Assembly: GCA_964517275.1 (NCBI GenBank)
Contig: CAZFBL010000001.1
Location: forward strand, 14,144-78,143
Source: an uncultured Candidatus Saccharibacteria bacterium
GTDB taxonomy: Bacteria; Patescibacteriota; Minisyncoccia; Portnoybacterales; UBA2143
DNA length: 64,000 nt
Direction of reading: 5' to 3'
How positions within the stretch are numbered: position 1 is the first letter of the stretch; every line of letters starts with the position of its first letter. The translations under genes and the position numbers were made by a program. This document shows positions 35,945 to 44,042 of this stretch, piece after piece. The notes below the pieces were generated by a model. The model made no database searches. It had not been told where the DNA came from and saw only the letters and a list, made by a program, of their open reading frames with translations.

Positions 35945-37529
35945 CTTTAAAATTATCCTCTGTTTGTTAATCATCGGAGGGTTTTTTGTTTGGCCATTTT
36001 TTTGTTTTGGAGCAGCTAATGAGGTAGTTATTAATGAAATTGCCTGGATGGGAACAATTGAATCAACTAATGACGAATGGATTGAATTAAAAAACAATAC
36101 TGACCAAGAAATTGGTTTGACTGACTGGACTTTAAAAGCGGTTGATGGCAGTCCAGAGATATCCTTGACCGGCGTTATCCCCGCTCAAGGATATTTTTTA
36201 TTGGAAAGAACTGATGATAATTCTGTGTCTGAATTGGCGGCTGACCAGATTTATACAGGCGCCTTAGGCAATACAGGGGAAAGTTTAGAGCTAGGCGATG
36301 GAGAAAATAATCTAATTGATTCAATTGATTGCTCTGAAGGTTGGTTAGCTGGCGATAACGAAACCAAGCAAACCATGGAAAGAATAGATACTGACTGGCA
36401 AACTAGTTTGGGTATTGGCGGCACGCCAAAGACCCGAAACAGCAGCGGCCAAGGAGTCCCAGCCGAAGAACCGCCACTCGGAGGGTCAAGCCAAAAACCG
36501 GAAGCCGAGCGACAAATTCCGCCAACCACAGTTAATCAGCCGCCAGTCGCCCAAGCCGGTCCGGATCTGACCGCCTTAACCAACCGGGAAATATTTTTTG
36601 ACGCTTCCCAATCTTGCGACCCGAATAATGATTCTCTCAGCTATTTCTGGAACTTTGGTGACGGAGCAACCGCCACTGAAGCCAAGACCAGTCACGCCTA
36701 CTCTTATCCCGGCCAATATATAGTCAGCTTAATAGTCAATGATGGTGAATTTTCCGACTTCAATATTATAACTGTCAATATTTATAGCTCCTCGGTCATC
36801 ATTAGTGAATTTCTGCCTAATCCGGTTGGTTCGGACGAAGAAAGCGAATGGATTGAATTATTTAACCAAAGCAACCAGATAGCCAATCTGACTGACTGGC
36901 AATTAGATGACCAATTTGAAGGAAGCCATCCTTTTATTTTTCCGGCCAACAGCCTAATCAGCCCGAGACAATTTCTGCTTATCTTACGGCCAGTCAGTAA
37001 AATAGCTCTCGATAATGACTGCGACCAGGTTCGGTTTTTTTATCCGAATGGCTCCCTGGCCAGCGAAATCAGCTACCAAGGACAGACTGAAGAGGGCTCG
37101 GCTATTGCATTTGACGGTCGGGACTATTTTTGGACGAGGCAGCCAACTCCGGGAGCGGCCAACATTATCTCTGCGATCAGTTTAATAGATAAAAGCGAAA
37201 ATCTCTCGGCTAATAATCCTCAATCGATTATCCAAGGAAGCCAAGAACCACCAGAAATTTTAGTTCAAACTGATGCTGGTCGAAATCAGTCAACTTCAGC
37301 CCTTGATCAGCCAAGTCAAACCGAAGCCTCTCAATCGAACCAATCAATCAAGACAACAACTCATTCAACGGAAAAAAGCAAACTGGTATCTAAACAGGCA
37401 GCCGATTTAGGCCAATCAAGCAGGACAGCCGGACAAGCCAGCTTAATCTCGACCCTTTCCATTATTATCTCTGCTTCCCTGTTGGCCAGCTGGTTATTAA
37501 TTCGACTAAACATACTAAAAACTCATTGA
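35913..37529 (+). CDS. Surface protein with two lamin-tail domains and a PKD domain
   Basis: Signal/TM segment, VVINEIAW...EWIELKN, PKD motif WNFGDG...HAYSYPGQY, ISEFLPNP...EWIELFN, C-terminal TM. Confidence 0.85.
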   Translation: MKEGIKINCFSFKIILCLLIIGGFFVWPFFCFGAANEVVINEIAWMGTIESTNDEWIELKNNTDQEIGLTDWTLKAVDGSPEISLTGVIPAQGYFLLERTDDNSVSELAADQIYTGALGNTGESLELGDGENNLIDSIDCSEGWLAGDNETKQTMERIDTDWQTSLGIGGTPKTRNSSGQGVPAEEPPLGGSSQKPEAERQIPPTTVNQPPVAQAGPDLTALTNREIFFDASQSCDPNNDSLSYFWNFGDGATATEAKTSHAYSYPGQYIVSLIVNDGEFSDFNIITVNIYSSSVIISEFLPNPVGSDEESEWIELFNQSNQIANLTDWQLDDQFEGSHPFIFPANSLISPRQFLLILRPVSKIALDNDCDQVRFFYPNGSLASEISYQGQTEEGSAIAFDGRDYFWTRQPTPGAANIISAISLIDKSENLSANNPQSIIQGSQEPPEILVQTDAGRNQSTSALDQPSQTEASQSNQSIKTTTHSTEKSKLVSKQAADLGQSSRTAGQASLISTLSIIISASLLASWLLIRLNILKTH

Positions 37530-37555
37530 CACTCTTTCTGAATCAATAGTATGAT
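37526..37555 (+). promoter_or_regulatory. Promoter for the yebC-ruvC-ATP-grasp run
   Basis: TTGACA-18 nt-TATGAT ending 10 nt before the ATG (near-leaderless). Confidence 0.6.
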
Positions 37556-37564
37556 TAAAGTAAT

Positions 37565-38104
37565 ATGAGCGGACATTCCCACTGGGCCGGCATTAAACAC
37601 AAAAAATCAATTACTGACGCTAGGCGGGGTAAACTTTTTAGCAAGATATCCCGCTTAATTATTATTGCCGCTAAAGAAAAAGGGGCCGATCCGGAGACCA
37701 ACCCCCAGTTAAGATTAGCTATTGAGAAAGCGAAAGAGGTTAATATGCCCAAGGATAACATCGATAAGGCGATTAAGAGAGGGACCGGACAGATAGCCGG
37801 CGTCCAGATAGAAGAATTTATCTATGAGGCCTACGGACCAGCCGGGATAGCTTTGATTATTACCGGCATTACCGATAATAAAAACAGAACGTTGGCTGAA
37901 ATTAAACATATCCTTAGCAGGTTTAAGGCGAAATTGGCCGAGGCCGGTAGCGTTAAGTATCTTTTCGATAAACAAGGCAAAGATTGGCAACCGAAATATC
38001 CTCTGGAAGTTAACCAGCAAACCAAAAACCAATTAGAGAATCTTTTCGAGACCCTGGATGAAAACGAAGATGTTCAAGATATCTACTCTAATTTAAAAGA
38101 TTAA
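37565..38104 (+). CDS. YebC/PmpR family protein (short form)
   Basis: MSGHSHWAGIKHKK, NMPKDNI, YEAYGP, TDNKNRT, DVQDIYSN. Confidence 0.94.
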   Translation: MSGHSHWAGIKHKKSITDARRGKLFSKISRLIIIAAKEKGADPETNPQLRLAIEKAKEVNMPKDNIDKAIKRGTGQIAGVQIEEFIYEAYGPAGIALIITGITDNKNRTLAEIKHILSRFKAKLAEAGSVKYLFDKQGKDWQPKYPLEVNQQTKNQLENLFETLDENEDVQDIYSNLKD

Positions 38105-38108
38105 AAAT

Positions 38109-38579
38109 ATGACTATTATGGGCATTGATCCGGGAACGGCTATAACCGGCTATGGGGTTATTAAAAAGGTGCCGAACGAATTAACTACCATTGATTATAA
38201 TTGTATCCGGACTACTACCCATTACTCGACAGCTGAACGACTCGGTCAAATCGGACAGCAGCTAACCAGGCTCATAAAAAAATATAAGCCGGACCGAATT
38301 GCGGTCGAAGATATCTTTTTTTTCAAAAATCTGAAAACGGCTGTCAAGGTCAGCCAAGCCCGAGGAGTAATTTTAGCTCAAGCCGCTCAACTAAAACTGC
38401 CGGTCATCGAATACACTCCTCTTCAGGTCAAGCAGGCGGTTACTGGTTACGGACGAGCCGAAAAAAAACAGGTTCAGGAGATGGTCAAATTAATACTTAA
38501 CTTAAAGGAAATACCCAAGCCGGATGACGCGGCTGATGCCTTAGCTATCGCTATCTGTTGCGCTCATTCGCTTCGCTAA
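38109..38579 (+). CDS. ruvC: Holliday junction resolvase RuvC
   Basis: GIDPG...GYG, AVEDIFF, VKQAVTGYG.A.K, DDAADALAIA. Confidence 0.96.
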   Translation: MTIMGIDPGTAITGYGVIKKVPNELTTIDYNCIRTTTHYSTAERLGQIGQQLTRLIKKYKPDRIAVEDIFFFKNLKTAVKVSQARGVILAQAAQLKLPVIEYTPLQVKQAVTGYGRAEKKQVQEMVKLILNLKEIPKPDDAADALAIAICCAHSLR

Positions 38580-38583
38580 ATTT

Positions 38584-39246
38584 ATGTTTTCTATCATAGA
38601 ATATATGGTCAACCAGGGTGTCCCCCAAGAGACGATCGTTCTCCTTTTAATGCTGCCTGTGGTCGCAACCATCATTGCTTTTGCCCGACAAGTCATCGGC
38701 ATTAGAGGCTTTGGCATCTATACACCTTTGATTATCTCATTGGCTTTCTTGGCCACTGGCTTAAAATACGGTCTGGTTCTTTTTGTGACTGTCTTGCTAG
38801 TCGGGACATTGACTCGCCTTCTGGTCAAACGGTCCCGCCTTCTTTATTTGCCCCGGATGGCCATTGTCTTAACCGCCGTCGCCCTGGGTATCTTTTTACT
38901 CCTCCTGGCTGGCGCTTACGCTGACCGCCGAGGTTTAATTGCCGTCTCTATTTTCGCCATTTTGATTATGGGCACCTTAGTTGAGAAATTCATCGCTGTC
39001 CAAATTGAACGCGGGGCTCGGGGAGCAATTATCTTGACTTCGGAAACTTTGATTCTTTCAATTATCTGTTATTGGGTAGCTAGCTGGTCTTGGCTGCAAA
39101 GCCAAGCTCTCGTTTACCCAATCTGGTTTATCTTAGGAGCGATTGTCATCAACATCCTTTTAGGTAGATGGACCGGTCTCCGACTGTCCGAATATTGGCG
39201 TTTCCGGGAAGTGATTAAACGGGTTGAACTGCCCGAGAAAAAATAA
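38584..39246 (+). CDS. 7TM membrane protein (7TM_transglut-like, no transglutaminase domain)
   Basis: RQVIGIRGFGIYTP, LLYLPR, VEKF, GRWTGLRLSEYWRFR. Confidence 0.85.
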   Translation: MFSIIEYMVNQGVPQETIVLLLMLPVVATIIAFARQVIGIRGFGIYTPLIISLAFLATGLKYGLVLFVTVLLVGTLTRLLVKRSRLLYLPRMAIVLTAVALGIFLLLLAGAYADRRGLIAVSIFAILIMGTLVEKFIAVQIERGARGAIILTSETLILSIICYWVASWSWLQSQALVYPIWFILGAIVINILLGRWTGLRLSEYWRFREVIKRVELPEKK

Positions 39247-39254
39247 GCTCGGTT

Positions 39255-40607
39255 ATGCTCGACTTCATTAAAAAATCCAGCTATCTACTCGGTCTCAATG
39301 CTCGAAACCTGACCTATTTAAGACCCTCTAATCCATTGAGGGCTATTCGTATTGCCAATAACAAACTTCTATCTAAAAAAATCTTAAGAAAAGCTGGTTT
39401 GCCTGTTTTAAAGAATCACTCAATTATCCATTATGCTAAAGAGCTTAAAGATTTTGATTGGGCCAGTCTGCCACCAAGCTTTGCTCTTAAACCCAACCGC
39501 GGACTCGGTGGTGAGGGTATTTTAGTTGTTTATGGCCGAAAGAAAAAATTTCCTTATTCTTGGATTAAAGCAGATAAAAGAGAAGTTTGCATCAAAGATT
39601 TACGTAATCACATCCTTAACATTCTGGAGGGTACTTTTTCTTTAACTAGTCTGCCTGATACAGCTTTCTTTGAAGAACGGATTAAACTATTGAAGCTTTT
39701 CAAACCATATGCTTACCGAGGCATTCCTGACATCAGGATTATTGTCTATAATTCAGTACCGATTATGGCTGAACTGCGTTTACCAACCAAGGAATCGGGC
39801 GGCAAAGCTAACCTCCATTTAGGCGGCATTGGTGTTGGTATTGACTTGGGTACTGGTGTAACTACAACGGCCATCCAGCGGGATCGTCTCATTGAATATT
39901 TCCCCAAAACTCGCGCCTTGCTACGCGGACTACCTATCCCTGAATGGAAAGAGATGCTTAAATTAGCTATACAGGCCCAAGAGGTTTCCAAGATTGGCTT
40001 TCTGGGCGTAGACATTGCCATTGACCGGGAAAAAGGACCGGTTATTTTAGAGCTTAATGCCCGATCGGGCCTTTCTATTCAAAACGCTAACCTAGCTTCT
40101 CTTAAGGACCGACTCCAACGAGTCAAAGGCCTCAAGATAAAAACCTTAATTAAAGGAGTAAAAATTGCCCAAGACCTGTTTGGCGGCGAAGTAGAAGAAG
40201 AATTAGAGGAAATTTCCGGCCGCAAGGTAATTGGGATTAACGAAGCCATTGAAATACTTGACGAACAAGGCAATAAGCATCTAACTATGGCCAAGATTGA
40301 CAGCGGTGCTTATCGAACCACTGTCTGTCGCAGCTTAGCTGAACAGTTAAAAATCAACCAACAGATTGGTTCCAAAAAGGTCAGAGGGGCTTTGGGTTTC
40401 GAGGAACGTCCCTTAATCAATCTTTTCTTTATTCTGGATAAGCGTTTGGTCACTACTGAGGCCTTTATAGCTGACCGCCAAGAAATGAAATACGACATTA
40501 TTGTTGGTCGTAAAGATTTGAAAAGATTCTTGGTTGACCCGGCTAAAAATATTTTTATGACCCCCCGGGTTTTAGAAAAAGCTAAAGAAAGACGAGGCAT
40601 AAAATGA
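39255..40607 (+). CDS. Alpha-L-glutamate ligase-like ATP-grasp protein fused to a RimB-like retropepsin peptidase
   Basis: LGLNARN, KPNRGLGGEGI, GIPDIR, GKANLHLGG, LELNARSGLSIQ; C-terminal AKIDSGA...DRQEMKY..IVGR. Confidence 0.88.
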   Translation: MLDFIKKSSYLLGLNARNLTYLRPSNPLRAIRIANNKLLSKKILRKAGLPVLKNHSIIHYAKELKDFDWASLPPSFALKPNRGLGGEGILVVYGRKKKFPYSWIKADKREVCIKDLRNHILNILEGTFSLTSLPDTAFFEERIKLLKLFKPYAYRGIPDIRIIVYNSVPIMAELRLPTKESGGKANLHLGGIGVGIDLGTGVTTTAIQRDRLIEYFPKTRALLRGLPIPEWKEMLKLAIQAQEVSKIGFLGVDIAIDREKGPVILELNARSGLSIQNANLASLKDRLQRVKGLKIKTLIKGVKIAQDLFGGEVEEELEEISGRKVIGINEAIEILDEQGNKHLTMAKIDSGAYRTTVCRSLAEQLKINQQIGSKKVRGALGFEERPLINLFFILDKRLVTTEAFIADRQEMKYDIIVGRKDLKRFLVDPAKNIFMTPRVLEKAKERRGIK

Positions 40608-41554
40608 CAAAAAAGGATAAAAATACAGAAATTATTCTCGAAGAAGCAAAGAAACTCGGTCTGAAAGCAAAAATTATTTACCCGAAACGACAGCTCATCG
40701 AGCTAACCAAGGGCTCAGGGAAATTTTTAATTCAAGGAAATTTCAGAATTAATCTAAGCCGATTCGGCACAAAGAATATTCCTCTTTTTAAGGATCTATC
40801 CTATTTTTTCTGGCAAAAGAATAATATCCCTATTCCTAAAACAATCACCGCTTTTTCTTTTCAAGAGGCAAAAAGAAAAATGAAAAAGATTTCTTTTCCT
40901 TTAGTCATCAAAGACGCCCGAGCCAGCCAAAGTAGAAATCTCTGGGTGAATATTCCTGACTTAGCAAAGGCCTCCTCCGTTTTAAAAAAACTGTTCCTGG
41001 ATTATCTAATTGAAGCGGTTATTATTCAAGAATTCGTCCGAGGCGAAGAATTTCGAATTTTAACTCTCAAAAATAGAATCTTAGGCATAGCCCAGCTGAT
41101 TCCTCCTTTTTTAATCGGCAACGGTCAGGCAACTATAAAAAGTTTAATTAAGGAATTAGAAAGAAAAAGAAAGTGTCAGATCATTATTGACCAAGAAATT
41201 AAAGTTTTGATTAAAAAACAGGGATTCTCCTTAAACTCCATTTTGCCAATTAACCAAAAATTACTTTTAAGAGAATACTCAAAAATCAGCCAGGGCGGAC
41301 AGGTTAAAAATTTCTCATTGAATAACATCCATCCAGAAACAGAAAAATTGTGCCTGAAGGCAGTTAAAGTGACTGGTTTAGAATTAGCCGGGCTAGATAT
41401 TATAGCCGAAGATCTGACTAAATCACCAAAAGAACAAAAAATAAAATTTATAGAGATTAATGGTCGACCGGATATCTATATCCATCATTATCCCCATGAA
41501 GGAAAGCCGGTTAACGTAACTAGAGAAATATTAAAATATATCTTCAAGTTATGA
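40604..41554 (+). CDS. ATP-grasp ligase, cyanophycin synthetase/GshF ATP-grasp-like (divergent)
   Basis: FPLVIK, IIQEFVRGEEFR, PP.LIGNG..TI..LI, ISQGG, AGLDII, IEINGRP. Confidence 0.82.
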   Translation: MTKKDKNTEIILEEAKKLGLKAKIIYPKRQLIELTKGSGKFLIQGNFRINLSRFGTKNIPLFKDLSYFFWQKNNIPIPKTITAFSFQEAKRKMKKISFPLVIKDARASQSRNLWVNIPDLAKASSVLKKLFLDYLIEAVIIQEFVRGEEFRILTLKNRILGIAQLIPPFLIGNGQATIKSLIKELERKRKCQIIIDQEIKVLIKKQGFSLNSILPINQKLLLREYSKISQGGQVKNFSLNNIHPETEKLCLKAVKVTGLELAGLDIIAEDLTKSPKEQKIKFIEINGRPDIYIHHYPHEGKPVNVTREILKYIFKL

Positions 41555-42411
41555 AAATACTCATTATCGGCTCCAGCCAATCCAAAGAGAGCCAACTATT
41601 AAAAGAAGAGGCCGAAAAAAGAAACCATTCGGCTGTCATCGTCCCCTTATCGAAGTTAACTTTCAGCGGCCAAGAAAAATTATCAATTACTACCCCGGCC
41701 GGCCAAGATATTAAAGATTTTGAGGCAACCTTATTTCGAGCCATCAGTCGGCACATTATTGAAGCTAAAATTATCGCTCAATATTTGGCTAGCCATCAAC
41801 GAGTAATCGTTGACCGGATTTTAGCCCAGGGAAATTACGAATACCATAAATTTTTTATGCATAGCCGTCTCTGGGCTAGCCGGATTCCTCAACCGACTAC
41901 TTTTTTTATTCTCAATCCGACCAGTTTAAAAGCGGCCGTTCGAAAAATAAAGCCGCCTTTTATCGTCAAACACATCAAAGAAATGCACGGCCGGAGTAAT
42001 TTCCGCTTTGATTCACAAGAAGAACTGGCTGCTTTCTTCAAGAAGAAAGAACGGTTAGGTCAGTATATAATACAGGAATGGCACCCGTCTAAATACTATT
42101 ATCGAACCCTGGTCTTAGGTAACAGGGTTTTGGGAGCGATGAAGAGATTATCACTTCACTGTCAAGACCGCCCTAAAATTCCTCTAAGTCAGCGATCAAA
42201 AAAAGCCAGCCTATCAGCTGACCTGGAAAAAATTTCTTTAGCTGCGACTAAAGCCATGGAGATTGAATTAGCTGGCCTGGATATTATGCCCGACCGCCAA
42301 GGCCAATTAAAGGTTTTAGAAATTAATCGCTCCCCCCAATTCAAACGCTTCAGCCAAGTGACCGGAATCAGTGTAGCTGAAGAGATAATTAAACACATTG
42401 AGAAAAAATAA
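41551..42411 (+). CDS. RimK/LysX-like ATP-grasp ligase (divergent)
   Basis: IPQPTT, PFIVK, IIQEW, R.LVLG..VLGAMKR, AGLDIM, VLEINRSP.F. Confidence 0.85.
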   Translation: MKILIIGSSQSKESQLLKEEAEKRNHSAVIVPLSKLTFSGQEKLSITTPAGQDIKDFEATLFRAISRHIIEAKIIAQYLASHQRVIVDRILAQGNYEYHKFFMHSRLWASRIPQPTTFFILNPTSLKAAVRKIKPPFIVKHIKEMHGRSNFRFDSQEELAAFFKKKERLGQYIIQEWHPSKYYYRTLVLGNRVLGAMKRLSLHCQDRPKIPLSQRSKKASLSADLEKISLAATKAMEIELAGLDIMPDRQGQLKVLEINRSPQFKRFSQVTGISVAEEIIKHIEKK

Positions 42412-42433
42412 CTGTATCCATAATTTAAAATAA

Positions 42434-42473
42434 AAAACCCCACTCGGCTGCTAAAGCGACCTGGTGGGGTTTT
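42434..42473. terminator. Bidirectional terminator
   Basis: AAAACCCCAC...GTGGGGTTTT. Confidence 0.7.
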
Positions 42474-42495
42474 GAAAATTCAGGCAGCCGTACTA

Positions 42496-42708
42496 TTACG
42501 GCGACCTCTTCCGTCTAAGAGGGATAACCTTTCTCGGCTTGGTGCCGGTGCGGTCAGACAGAACACAGTAGGTTTTACCCCACTCGTGTCCATGGTCACA
42601 AATGCCTCCTTCATCAAACCATCCTCCGCAAATAACACATCTGTTACCGAATCCTTTATTTAAAACCTTTCGCCCACCGCTGACGGGTTCTGTGCTAACC
42701 TGTAACAT
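42496..42708 (-). CDS. Small Cys/His (zinc-ribbon-like) protein
   Basis: SD GGAGG at good spacing, CVIC...CDHGH motif, downstream terminator. Confidence 0.7.
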   Translation of the reverse strand: MLQVSTEPVSGGRKVLNKGFGNRCVICGGWFDEGGICDHGHEWGKTYCVLSDRTGTKPRKVIPLRRKRSP

Positions 42709-42752
42709 TTTATTCCTCCCCAGTTAAAGGACAAAATAAATTAAGACTAAAA

Positions 42753-43961
42753 TTAATCTCCTATTTTAACTTTAACAAACTTTCTTTTGCCGACTTGAAT
42801 GATCAGGCCGTCTTTGACGACTATTTCCTTTTGCCAGTTTTTGACCACTTGATTGTCTATTTTAACCCCGCCCTGAACAATCAACCGCTTGGCTTCGCTC
42901 TTACTGGGAGCCAATTTTATTTGAACAAGCAAATCTAAAAGAGAATATTTTTTAGTCGTTAATTTTACAATCGGCATTTTCGATGGCTTTTCCTTTTTTT
43001 TAAAAACCCTGTTGAATTCTTTTTCCGCTTCGGCAGCTGCTTTTTGGCTGTGATGAACAGCCACAATCTCCAGGGCTAAACGGGCTTTGGCATCGCGCGG
43101 GTTCATTTTCCCCTGTTTAATCTGTTCTTCAATCCGATTAACTTCGGTCATCGGTATGTCCGTGCAAAGCTCCAAACCGAGTCCGATAACTTCGTCGGAC
43201 CAGGCCATAATCTGACCAAACATTTCATTGGCTGGCGTGTCTAAATTAATCATTTTGCCCTCGGTCTTGCCCATTTTTTGACCGGAAGAATCAACTAATA
43301 ATTTGGTGGTTAAAACAAATTTCTCCTTATTCTTCATCTTTTTCATTAATGTCCGGCCAGCCAACATATTAAAGGTTTGGTCATTGCCGCCGACTTCCAA
43401 ATCAACATCCATGGCCAAGCTGTCATAAGCCTGCATTAAAGGATAAAGGAATTCATGTAAATACAAATCCTCGCCTGCCTCTATTCTTTTTTTAAACATA
43501 TCTCGGGCTAAGGTTTGTTGGGCCGTAAAATTGGAAGCTATTTCAATTAAATCAATAAAGGAAAGTTTATCATTCCATTGGCTGTTATGCATTACCTTAG
43601 CCGGGTTATTGCCCGAAAAATCTAAAATCCGGCCGGCCTGGTCTTTGTACTTTTCCGAATTTTTCAAAACCTGCTTTCTGGTTAGTTTTTTTCTGGCCTT
43701 AGCCTTATCGGTCGGGTCGCCAATCATACCGGTGAAATCGCCGATTAGAAAAATAACTTCGTGACCCAAGGCCTGAAATTGGGCCAACTTCCTAATTTGG
43801 ATAGCGTTACCGATATGAAGCGAAGAAGCAGTTGGGTCAAAACCGCAATAAAGCCGGATTTTTTGACCGGATTTTAGTTTTTTCTCCAAGGCTTGGCGAT
43901 TGGGATAAATATTCTCAACTCCCCGCGTCAAGACCTCTTTTATTTTATCTTCTTGGTTCAT
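42753..43961 (-). CDS. tyrS: Tyrosine--tRNA ligase
   Basis: GFDPTA.SLHIGN, YPLMQAYD, GGNDQTFN, KMGKT, C-terminal S4 domain. Confidence 0.97.
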   Translation of the reverse strand: MNQEDKIKEVLTRGVENIYPNRQALEKKLKSGQKIRLYCGFDPTASSLHIGNAIQIRKLAQFQALGHEVIFLIGDFTGMIGDPTDKAKARKKLTRKQVLKNSEKYKDQAGRILDFSGNNPAKVMHNSQWNDKLSFIDLIEIASNFTAQQTLARDMFKKRIEAGEDLYLHEFLYPLMQAYDSLAMDVDLEVGGNDQTFNMLAGRTLMKKMKNKEKFVLTTKLLVDSSGQKMGKTEGKMINLDTPANEMFGQIMAWSDEVIGLGLELCTDIPMTEVNRIEEQIKQGKMNPRDAKARLALEIVAVHHSQKAAAEAEKEFNRVFKKKEKPSKMPIVKLTTKKYSLLDLLVQIKLAPSKSEAKRLIVQGGVKIDNQVVKNWQKEIVVKDGLIIQVGKRKFVKVKIGD

Positions 43962-44042
43962 AAATCCAACGACCAGATTAAACTCTATAAATTCATGATA
44001 TCACCCTTGATTAAAGTGGTCAATTCTGCCAGAATAAAAGAA

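Noticed and set aside
42496-42708. LysW-type carrier protein for the RimK-like ligase
   Set aside because: It lacks the acidic C-terminal EDWGE-type motif; the tail is basic.
43893-44042. N-terminal extension of the PBP
   Set aside because: It overlaps the divergent tyrS start; the TM-proximal ATG at 44043 is more plausible.
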